From: Wolbachia endosymbiont of Drosophila innubila | GTDB taxonomy: Bacteria > Pseudomonadota > Alphaproteobacteria > Rickettsiales > Anaplasmataceae | Reading direction: 5' to 3' | Assembly: GCF_021378375.1 (NCBI RefSeq) | Contig: NZ_CP076228.1 | Coordinates: 990,001-1,022,000, forward strand | DNA: 32,000 nucleotides | Part shown: one piece after another, positions 9,869 through 17,024 of the stretch | Position numbering within the stretch: position 1 is the stretch's first letter | How the letters are laid out: every line of letters starts with the position of its first letter | Translations under genes and position numbers: made by a program | Notes under the pieces: generated by a model | Seen by the model: the letters and a program-made list of their open reading frames with translations, nothing else | The model's database searches: none | Told to the model about the DNA's origin: nothing

Positions 9869-10229
9869 AAAATTTAACGAACAGCAAATGCAAGTGTTAG
9901 CTAAAGAAATACCAGAATTTCGTCCTGGCGATGATTTGAAGGTCACTTTTAAAGTAGTTGACGGTACAAGTGAACGTATACAGATATTTGAAGGTGTATG
10001 TATATCAAAAAGGAACCGCGGGTTACATTCTTCTTTTGTAGTCAGAAAAGTGAGCCATGGAGAAAGTATAGTGTCTCAGTTTTTTGTTTATTCTCCTGCA
10101 CTGGTTTCAGTGCAAGTGACAAGAAAAGGAAAGGTTCGTAGAGCAAAACTGTATTATCTGTGCAAACTATTTGGAAAAGCTGCAAGGATCAAAGAGCGTA
10201 CTACTTATGTTAAAAAGAAATCTAAGTAG
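9852..10229 (+). CDS. rplS: 50S ribosomal protein L19
   Basis: 125-aa ORF directly after trmD with a 17-nt overlap (the conserved trmD-rplS order). Has [23 protein letters not shown]...N.G and the YSP...[14 protein letters not shown] pattern. Confidence 0.93.
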
Positions 10230-10261
10230 ATACAATAGGGAGTGATGTCAATTGTGTCATC

Positions 10262-10462
10262 TCAGAACTCTCTCTTGTCATCCCAGTGCGTGACACACAA
10301 CTGTACGAACATTGTTTGCCTCCCGCTGTGGTGTCATCCCAGTGCTCCGACACTGGGATCCAGCATTCATTATTCTCCTTTTGGTTTGTGCTTTCATGGA
10401 AAATGTAAAAATTATTTGCAGGCAAAGCCTGCTGGATCCCAGTGTCAGCTACTTGCATGACA
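10262..10462. repeat. cluster of short palindromic repeats (GTCATCCCAGTG family) including a MITE-like unit
   Basis: TGTCATCCCAGTGCGTGACAC at about 10276-10296 and GTCATCCCAGTGCTCCGACACTGGGATCCAGC from 10333. There is a perfect 16-bp inverted repeat, GACACTGGGATCCAGC (10349-10364) and GCTGGATCCCAGTGTC (10431-10446). The cluster ends with TCAGCTACTTGCATGACA (10445-10462), which recurs elsewhere in the window. Confidence 0.75.
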
Positions 10463-10506
10463 AAAAAGGGGAAAGTTTTTTCAAATCCTCGTGTAAAGAA
10501 AAGTAA

Positions 10507-11757
10507 ATGAGTATAAAGAAAAAATTCCTTAAATTACTTCAGTCAAGGCGTGTACATGCTCGTATAAAAAGGAAAAATAAAAAGAACAGAGCGCTACGCT
10601 TTTGTTCTTTCACGGCACTAGTTATCTCACTTGGCTGTCCTGTGTGTATATTGCTCAGTATATTGGTTAACTCTTACAGTGCCTTAACAGTAACGAAAAT
10701 TTTATTGCCAGTTGAAATAAATGCTGATCTTGCTTTGGCGAGTAATCCTAGTGATTTGCGGTATAAGTCCATTGGCTTACTCAACGATTCTTTACGTAAG
10801 GTGTTTGGAGGAACTGATTTTAAAGACGGTGACGAAATTTTAAGTCGTAATTCTTACAAAGAACTAGAGAAATTTTTTCGTAAGAAAGTAAAAGATAGTG
10901 GTGAATATGAGATCTGGTTTACCGCGTCAAGTATAATTAATTCAATAAATAAAGATAAATATTTGAATGATCGTTATGCTAAATTACTTGATTGGCTAAA
11001 AGAAAAGAGGAGAGTGAAAAAATTTTTTAATAAGTCTTTATTCCTTAAATCTGACTCTCGTGAACCTGAAAATGCAGGGATTTTAGGAGCGTTTATCGGT
11101 TCATTAATGACAATTATAGTGTGCCTAGCATTAGCATTACCAATAGGAATTATGTCGGGCATCTGTCTTTACGAATTTATGCCTAAAAATAGGCTAATGA
11201 CTAATATTGTAGAAATTAGCATAAATAATCTTGCTGCAGTGCCTTCAATAATATTTGGTGTAGTGGGCTTAACTCTCTATCTTGGCATATTTGGGCTACC
11301 ACGCTCTTCACCACTTGTTGGTGGAATGACTCTTTCATTTATGATGTTACCTAATATTATAATTGCAACAAAAAATGCCTTTGCGAATGTTCCTATTACG
11401 ATAAAAGATGCAGCGTTTGCGCTCGGTGCACCTCACATCAAGGTGATATTAGATCACTCTTTACCGATTGCGTTACCAAGAATAATACATGGTACTGTGC
11501 TTGCAATTGCAAGGATTTTAGGTGAATCTTCTCCTTTACTTATGATGGGTATGGTGGCATTTATTGCTGATACACCTACGTCCTTTTTCGATCCGGCGAC
11601 TGTTCTACCTGTGCAAATATACATATGGTCAAGCAATCCTGAAATTGCATTTGTTGAACTTGCTGCTATCGCAATTATAGCTTTATTATTGGTGTTATTT
11701 GCGTTAAATTTAGTAGCAAATTTTGTAAAAAGGAAATTCGAATTTTTTAATTTTTAG
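10507..11757 (+). CDS. pstA: phosphate ABC transporter permease
   Basis: 416-aa ORF with an N-terminal TM helix, a long loop and then a six-helix permease core. The EAA-type loop reads DAAFALGAPHIKVILDHSLPIALPRIIHGTVLAIARILGESSPLLMMG (the PstA-like ...PLL ending). Confidence 0.85.
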   Translation: MSIKKKFLKLLQSRRVHARIKRKNKKNRALRFCSFTALVISLGCPVCILLSILVNSYSALTVTKILLPVEINADLALASNPSDLRYKSIGLLNDSLRKVFGGTDFKDGDEILSRNSYKELEKFFRKKVKDSGEYEIWFTASSIINSINKDKYLNDRYAKLLDWLKEKRRVKKFFNKSLFLKSDSREPENAGILGAFIGSLMTIIVCLALALPIGIMSGICLYEFMPKNRLMTNIVEISINNLAAVPSIIFGVVGLTLYLGIFGLPRSSPLVGGMTLSFMMLPNIIIATKNAFANVPITIKDAAFALGAPHIKVILDHSLPIALPRIIHGTVLAIARILGESSPLLMMGMVAFIADTPTSFFDPATVLPVQIYIWSSNPEIAFVELAAIAIIALLLVLFALNLVANFVKRKFEFFNF

Positions 11758-11763
11758 CAATTC

Positions 11764-12561
11764 ATGAAAATCACAGTCCTATCTGGTTATGGCTTAAATT
11801 GCGAAAAAGAAACTGCATTTGCATTTATGGAATGCAGCAGAAAACTTGGTATTGGTAATATTGAAGTAAAAATCGTTCACATTAACGATATCATAGATAA
11901 TCCAGGTGAACTGAAATTAAGCAATATACTTGCAATTCCAGGGGGTTTTTCCTATGGTGATGACACTGGTGCTGGTAATGCGTTTGCTTTACGTATTAAA
12001 AACAACTTGTTGGATGAGTTTCAAGAGTTTTTATCTCAGGACAAGCTGATTATAGGAATATGTAATGGTTGTCAGATATTAGTAAAATTAATTCCAGAAT
12101 TCTCTAGTCTAGCTTTAATCCATAATGATATAGGCAATTATCAATGCCGTTGGATTAGAGTGAGAGTTAATTCAAAGAGTAATTCTGTTTGGCTACGGGG
12201 TCTGAGTGAACTATATCTCCCTATTGCTCATGGGGAAGGCAAATTTTTTATGGATCAAGATATTTTGAACCAATTGATTGAGAGCAATTCCACCGCATTA
12301 CGTTACATTGATAAAAATGGCAACTATGCTAACCTACAATTTCCTTACAATCCGAATGGATCTACATACGACCTAGCAGCTTTATCAGATAAAAGTGGAA
12401 GAGTGCTAGCTTTAATGCCCCATCCAGAAAGGGGAATATTTTTTACCCAGCAAGATAATTGGCCCCTTGAAAAAGAAAAGAGCAAGCGTTTAGGTGTTGC
12501 TGTGCCAAAATATGGCGATGGAATGCTTATATTTGAAAATGCACTAAAGTATTTTTGTTAA
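11764..12561 (+). CDS. purQ: phosphoribosylformylglycinamidine synthase, glutamine amidotransferase subunit
   Basis: 265-aa ORF with IPGGFSYGDD, GICNGCQIL (nucleophile Cys), PIAHGEGKF and LMPHPER, the triad-GATase pattern of PurQ. Confidence 0.88.
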   Translation: MKITVLSGYGLNCEKETAFAFMECSRKLGIGNIEVKIVHINDIIDNPGELKLSNILAIPGGFSYGDDTGAGNAFALRIKNNLLDEFQEFLSQDKLIIGICNGCQILVKLIPEFSSLALIHNDIGNYQCRWIRVRVNSKSNSVWLRGLSELYLPIAHGEGKFFMDQDILNQLIESNSTALRYIDKNGNYANLQFPYNPNGSTYDLAALSDKSGRVLALMPHPERGIFFTQQDNWPLEKEKSKRLGVAVPKYGDGMLIFENALKYFC

Positions 12562-12793
12562 AATTTATTGATAGGGATTTATGGTCGAAATTATCCCTGA
12601 TATTGCAAAAAACTTGCTTGACAAGCCTTGCCAGTCCCCTTATCATGAAACTGAAGCTATTTATTTATCTTCTCTGTACAGATTAAATGACAAAAAAACT
12701 CACGTATCTGGCGTCCCATGTTTAATTTTTTGCACTATGTGCATCTTATGTCTTTATAAAATTTCTAGGTTTTTACCTAATATAAGCTGAAAT

Positions 12794-13074
12794 GCGCTTA
12801 TAAAGCATTTAAAATATCAAAAAACGCCAACTTAAAAAATGGATAGTGAATAATTAGCTACCCTAGGGTTTCTTTTGCCTTTTTTTCTGTTTAGTAAATT
12901 TCTTAAACATTTATGACTAAAGGTTAGTTGCGTTAAAAAGCAGCTAAATCGCGGTTATTAAGCGTTTAGAATAAAAAAACGCCATACTTGAAAGTATAAT
13001 GTAAGTAATTAGCCAACCACGGGGCTTCTTTTGCCTTTTTTTTATTTGGTAAATTTCTTAATATTTATAGCTAA
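12794..13074 (+). repeat. two ~125-bp imperfect direct repeats with a 157-bp period
   Basis: Unit 1 (12794-12921) and unit 2 (12951-13074) align by eye along their length: GCG(C/G)TTAT(A/T)AAGC..AAAAACGCCA..ACTT.AAA...TAATTAGC..CC...GGG.TTCTTTTGCC-T run-..TT.GTAAATTTCTTAA..ATTTAT.(A/G)CTAAA. A related 3' portion precedes the repeat copy at 27690-27732. Confidence 0.65.
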
Positions 13075-13079
13075 ACGAC

Positions 13080-13290
13080 AACCGTCATCCCGCTACTTGT
13101 TAGCGGGATCTATGCTTTGAGATACCGCGAATGAATCGCGGTATGACGGTGTAATGATGGTTAAGTAATTCGTCATTCCGCTACTTGTTAGCGGCTGAGA
13201 TACCGCGAATGAATCGCGGTATGACGGTGTAATGATGGTTAAGTAATTCGTCATCCCGCTGCTTGTTAGCGGGATCTAGAGATACCGCAA
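13080..13290 (+). repeat. array A of the three-way palindromic element (3 units, last truncated)
   Basis: The unit is ACCGTCAT-[CCCGCTA-CTTGT-TAGCGGG]-ATCT..GAGA-[TACCGCGA-ATGAA-TCGCGGTA]-TGACGGT, an outer stem plus two inner hairpins. A 58-bp stretch (GAGATACCGCGAATGAATCGCGGTATGACGGTGTAATGATGGTTAAGTAATTCGTCAT) is repeated exactly at 13119-13176 and 13197-13254. Confidence 0.85.
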
Positions 13291-13362
13291 CGTCTCACCT
13301 ATAGCCTTCAGTGCTCCTTTTTTTGCCATCCCAGCGTCACGCGTTGGTTTCAACATTATATC

Positions 13363-14826
13363 ATGAACTTTCTAAAATTCATTGAACTGTGTTTTCAAAC
13401 GGTAGTGCCGGGGTGTGAGTATAATGATTATCAGTATATAAAAGTCATAGCAGACAGACTTGAAGCGGCAAATGTTGGCAAAATGAGGCGAATAATATTC
13501 AATATGCCTCCGCGTTCAATGAAGTCCCTGTGCGCTAGTGTTGCGTGGCCCGCATGGATACTGGGAAATCAGCCAACTGCAAGAATAATAGTTGCAAGCT
13601 ACTCTCGGCTGCTTAGCGAAAAGCACTCGCTCGATACAAGATGCATAATGCAGTCTAGTTGGTATAGAGAGCTGTTTCCAGAGGTAGAACTATCCAAAGA
13701 TCAGAATACCAAATACAAATTTCAAACAGTGCAGAGAGGATACAGAATCGCAACGTCAGTTGGAGGGACGTTAACAGGTGAAGGTGGTGATTTCATCATC
13801 GTGGATGATCCACTGAGTCCCGCCCAAGCTTTGAGTGAAACGTTTAGAAAGCGTGCTACAAATTGGTTTGACCAGACTTTAGTAGCCAGGCTCAACAATA
13901 GAAAAAAAGGAGTAATTGTTCTTGTGATGCATAGGCTACATCAAGAAGATTTAACCGGGCACCTTCTCTCCAAACCGAAAAACATATGGAACCATACTTG
14001 TTTACCGATGATATCTGAAAATAAGGAGATTATCTATTCAATCAAAAAGCCAGCGCCTCCTTTTCTTGTTCCTGTCACCCGAGTAACTACAAATGAGTAC
14101 AAAAGCTGGATTACAGCATCAAGTGCTAGAATGACACCACCCGTAATATTATACTCAAGAGAAGAAGGTCAGTTGCTATATCCCCTCGATGGAGGAAAAG
14201 AAGAAGTTGAGATGATAAAGGTTGAACTTGGAAGTTACGCTTTTGCTGCACAATATCAACAAAACCCTCTGCCACTTTCAAGTGGTATAATTAAACGAGA
14301 GTGGCTGAAGCGCTATAGAAATTTTTCTGATAGTCTCTCATATGTCACTCAGAGCTGGGACACTGCAGTTTCAACAAGCAGCATGAGCAACTTTAGCGTC
14401 TGCACCACCTGGACAAAAGTGGGCAATAAATTCTATTTACTCGATGTATATCGCGCAAAGCTTGAGTATCCAAAGCTTAAAGAACAGGTTTTGTCACTAG
14501 CTGCAAGATGGACGCCACACGCAATTTTAATCGAAGCAAAAACAAGTGGTCAACAATTGGTGCAAGAGCTAAAGACAAACAGTGATTTACCGATTATTGA
14601 AATAGTGCCACATGATGACAAGCTCACTCGATTTCATCAAATTGTTCCGATTATAGAGTCTGGCAAGGTTTTTCTGCCGCACCAAGCAGTATGGCTGAAC
14701 GATTTTGAGTATGAGATTTTAATGTTTCCTGAAACTCGACACGATGATCAAGTGGATAGTACCGTGCAATATTTGCAGTGGGTGAGAGATAGTAGCTCTA
14801 GGGTCGCAGCTTTACGGGCATTGTGA
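13363..14826 (+). CDS. phage terminase large subunit (HK97/GTA-type head-module terminase family)
   Basis: 487-aa ORF with an NMPPRSMKS P-loop-like segment, GGDFIIVDDP (Walker B), VLVMHRLHQEDLTGHL, LGSYAFAAQYQQNP, and C-terminal nuclease-domain-like SWDTA...HDDQVDS. This layout is typical of phage TerL proteins. Confidence 0.88.
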   Translation: MNFLKFIELCFQTVVPGCEYNDYQYIKVIADRLEAANVGKMRRIIFNMPPRSMKSLCASVAWPAWILGNQPTARIIVASYSRLLSEKHSLDTRCIMQSSWYRELFPEVELSKDQNTKYKFQTVQRGYRIATSVGGTLTGEGGDFIIVDDPLSPAQALSETFRKRATNWFDQTLVARLNNRKKGVIVLVMHRLHQEDLTGHLLSKPKNIWNHTCLPMISENKEIIYSIKKPAPPFLVPVTRVTTNEYKSWITASSARMTPPVILYSREEGQLLYPLDGGKEEVEMIKVELGSYAFAAQYQQNPLPLSSGIIKREWLKRYRNFSDSLSYVTQSWDTAVSTSSMSNFSVCTTWTKVGNKFYLLDVYRAKLEYPKLKEQVLSLAARWTPHAILIEAKTSGQQLVQELKTNSDLPIIEIVPHDDKLTRFHQIVPIIESGKVFLPHQAVWLNDFEYEILMFPETRHDDQVDSTVQYLQWVRDSSSRVAALRAL

Positions 14827-14839
14827 TTTAAGCCTACCA

Positions 14840-14868
14840 GATCCAAGTAGTCAGCTACTTGCATGACA
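14840..14868 (+). repeat. GATCC.AGT..TCAGCTACTTGCATGACA repeat copy
   Basis: TCAGCTACTTGCATGACA (14851-14868) is identical to 10445-10462. The preceding GATCCAAGTAG resembles GGATCCCAGTG at 10434-10444. A full palindromic version lies at 27597-27627. Confidence 0.75.
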
Positions 14869-14875
14869 CCCTGAC

Positions 14876-15176
14876 AACCGTCATCCCGCTACGTGTTAGC
14901 GGGATCTAGAGATACCGCGAATGAATCGCGGTATGACGGTTCGTGGTGGTATGACAGTTCGTGGCGGTATGACGGTTCGCGGCAGCATGACGATAAGCTC
15001 GTCATCCCGCTACGTGTTAGCGGGATCTATGCTAAAAGATACCACGGCGGTATGACGTAGAACTGCTGCTTGTTAGCGGATGAGATACCGCGAATGAATC
15101 GCGGTATGACGGTTAAGTACGTGTTAGCGGCTAAGAGATACTGCGGCGGTATGACGTAGAGCTCGCGTTAGCTATA
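14876..15176 (+). repeat. array B of the three-way palindromic element (4 units plus an internal 18-bp tandem repeat)
   Basis: There is a complete unit at 14876-14940 and 18-bp tandem copies (GGTATGACGGTTCGTGGT-like) at 14930-14992. Further units start at about 14999, 15063 and 15118. Some have a short second hairpin (TACCACGGCGGTA). The array ends in TTAGCTATA (15168-15176). Confidence 0.85.
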
Positions 15177-15179
15177 AGA

Positions 15180-16157
15180 TTAGCTAACATTCTGCACGTC
15201 CATAAAAAACAAACCTTCTTTTTCGTCTTGAACGCTAATAATAGCGTGAGTGTTAAAAGGTAAAGGATCATTTGTATGTCCATGGCCTACCCCTTTCATA
15301 GTAAATACAGGAAAGTTAACACTTTTTGCAAACCTTTCTTTTACAACTTCAACAAGGTTATCGTTATAGCAGTTAACGAAATCCCCAAAGATTACTGCAT
15401 GTACTCCATCAAAGATGTGAGCTTGTTTTAGGTGATCTAAACTGCGCTCTATTGCGTATGGGTAGACTCTTATGTCCTCTAAAAATAGAATTTTACCTTT
15501 CGCATTTATTTGCCAAACAGTTCCTATACTGTTTTCAACTAAAGTCATATTACCACCGATGATTTTAGACTTTAATCTGCCATCTTTTAGTCTAATGCCA
15601 TTATTTATCATCTTTAGCTTATCAAATCTGATAGAATCCCGCTTGTTAAGAATTAACTCTTTCAATTTTTCAACAGAGCTTTCAGAAACGGAGTTATTTA
15701 CTATCATTTCCAACATGGTGCCGTGAAGAGTTTGCCAATCATATTTAGCTTGTAGATGGATGTGCAAGGCAGTTATATCGCTATAGCCTATGAGGATCTT
15801 TTTGTTTTGAGCAATCCTTTCTTTTTTATCATTGGGTAACTTTTCTAGATAGGGAATTAACCGAGAAGCCCCTTCTCCTCCTCTGATACACCAGATTATT
15901 TTACTATCACCGGTTAGTGCACTAACCAAATCATTTGCTCTGAATTCATCAGAGTTGGAATAAAATGGGTTATCATTACTATATATTTTCTCCGAAATAT
16001 GGGGATTAAAATCCAAAGCTTCTACATATTCTTTTATAGTAGTCAGATCTGATTCTTTTCCCTTGGAGGAAGGAGCAATAATATCAACTTGGTCCATTGC
16101 ATGAATACCTGTGTTAGCACATAAAGTGAGAATGAAATATAAAAGGTAAACAATCAT
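15180..16157 (-). CDS. ldcA: LD-carboxypeptidase (peptidase S66, muramoyltetrapeptide carboxypeptidase family)
   Basis: 325-aa ORF with IIAPSS near the N-terminus, the GYSDITALH serine-nucleophile motif, FLEDI and GHGHTNDPLP (His). The start overlaps the lipB stop by 1 nt (TAATG). An alternative internal start is Met21 (MDQVDIIAPSS). Confidence 0.85.
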   Translation of the reverse strand: MIVYLLYFILTLCANTGIHAMDQVDIIAPSSKGKESDLTTIKEYVEALDFNPHISEKIYSNDNPFYSNSDEFRANDLVSALTGDSKIIWCIRGGEGASRLIPYLEKLPNDKKERIAQNKKILIGYSDITALHIHLQAKYDWQTLHGTMLEMIVNNSVSESSVEKLKELILNKRDSIRFDKLKMINNGIRLKDGRLKSKIIGGNMTLVENSIGTVWQINAKGKILFLEDIRVYPYAIERSLDHLKQAHIFDGVHAVIFGDFVNCYNDNLVEVVKERFAKSVNFPVFTMKGVGHGHTNDPLPFNTHAIISVQDEKEGLFFMDVQNVS

Positions 16158-16774
16158 TAAAATATCTTATAAAACTCTTTTTTTAGTATATCATCCAATT
16201 CAGAGAGTGGAACTTTCACTCCTAGTTCTTCCATTGACGTGACGCCATAACCTTGCAACCCACAAGGAATAATACCCTTATAGTGAGAGAGGTCTGGAAA
16301 GACGTTAAGCGCTATGCCATGATAAGTTACCCATTTTCTTAAGCGAATACCAAAAGCTGCAATTTTTTTTTCTACTCCGTTATGGTTTACCCAAATGCCT
16401 ATTCTATCTTCTCTAAACTCTCCAAGTATATTAAATTGCTTTAAAACATTTATGATCCACTTACTTAGATCTCTAATATATAGCTTTATATCGCATTTGT
16501 TTCTTTTTTTAAGGTTTAACATTAAATATATAATGCGCTGTCCTGGACCATGATATGTGTGTTTACCACCCCTTCCTGTTTTATATATGGGAAATAGTTT
16601 TTCAACAATATCATCAGCTGTTGCACTGATTCCTGCAGTATAAAGTGGAGGGTGCTGGAGTAGCCATACCAATTCGTCTGCTGAATTATTGTGAATTTGT
16701 TGAATTTTCTCTTCCATGGATTTTACAGCACAGTTATAATCAATAAGCTGATTAGATATTAGCCATTCTGTCAT
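16157..16774 (-). CDS. lipB: lipoyl(octanoyl) transferase
   Basis: 205-aa ORF with WLLQHPPLYTAG, RGGKHTYHGPGQ, KIAAFGIRLRKWVTYHGIALNV and IIPCG (catalytic Cys region). Confidence 0.93.
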   Translation of the reverse strand: MTEWLISNQLIDYNCAVKSMEEKIQQIHNNSADELVWLLQHPPLYTAGISATADDIVEKLFPIYKTGRGGKHTYHGPGQRIIYLMLNLKKRNKCDIKLYIRDLSKWIINVLKQFNILGEFREDRIGIWVNHNGVEKKIAAFGIRLRKWVTYHGIALNVFPDLSHYKGIIPCGLQGYGVTSMEELGVKVPLSELDDILKKEFYKIF

Positions 16775-16970
16775 ATTCTATTTCTTTTTTTTAGTATAGC
16801 AGTTCGTTTTTTCCTGTTATTCCAGTGTGTGACACTGGGCGCAGCCTTTCTTATTCCTAATATACTTAATACTAACTTCTGTGCTATTTCTCCTTAACAA
16901 ACATAGTACATGACAAATGTTTAATTATTTGTCAACACAGGTCCTCTTTACGTATAGGCAACTTTTTTTA

Positions 16971-16999
16971 TTGAAAAATTCAGAAAAATGTTGTATAAT
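16971..16999 (+). promoter_or_regulatory. sigma70-like promoter upstream of the antitoxin gene
   Basis: TTGAAA (16971-16976), then a 17-nt spacer, then TATAAT (16994-16999), 26 nt before the ATG at 17025. Confidence 0.45.
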
Positions 17000-17024
17000 T
17001 ATTAGTAGATTTTAGGTAAAATAT

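Noticed and set aside
10222-10506. Three overlapping ORFs (10222..10458 minus, 10242..10460 plus, 10312..10506 plus)
   Set aside because: They lie entirely within the palindromic repeat cluster and overlap one another on both strands. Their Cys/Ser/Pro-rich products are typical of translated GC-rich repeats and have no motifs.
12581-12790. 69-aa ORF after purQ as a possible small terminase or GTA g1-like gene
   Set aside because: No recognisable motif or RBS. The composition looks like random AT-rich sequence, and its 3' end runs to within a few nt of the 125-bp repeat unit. I cannot support it as coding.
12868-13050. TTCTTTTGCC followed by T-runs (about 12868-12886 and 13027-13048) as rho-independent terminators for purQ
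   Set aside because: I could find no convincing GC-rich stem preceding the T-runs (at most 3 bp, GGC...GCC). They are better described as conserved blocks of the 125-bp repeat.
13080-15176. Repeat arrays flanking the terminase considered as CRISPR arrays
   Set aside because: The units are complex nested palindromes of variable length, with irregular spacing and truncated copies. The intervening 'spacers' are themselves repeated (a 58-bp exact duplicate). No cas genes are present, and solo copies occur elsewhere in the window.
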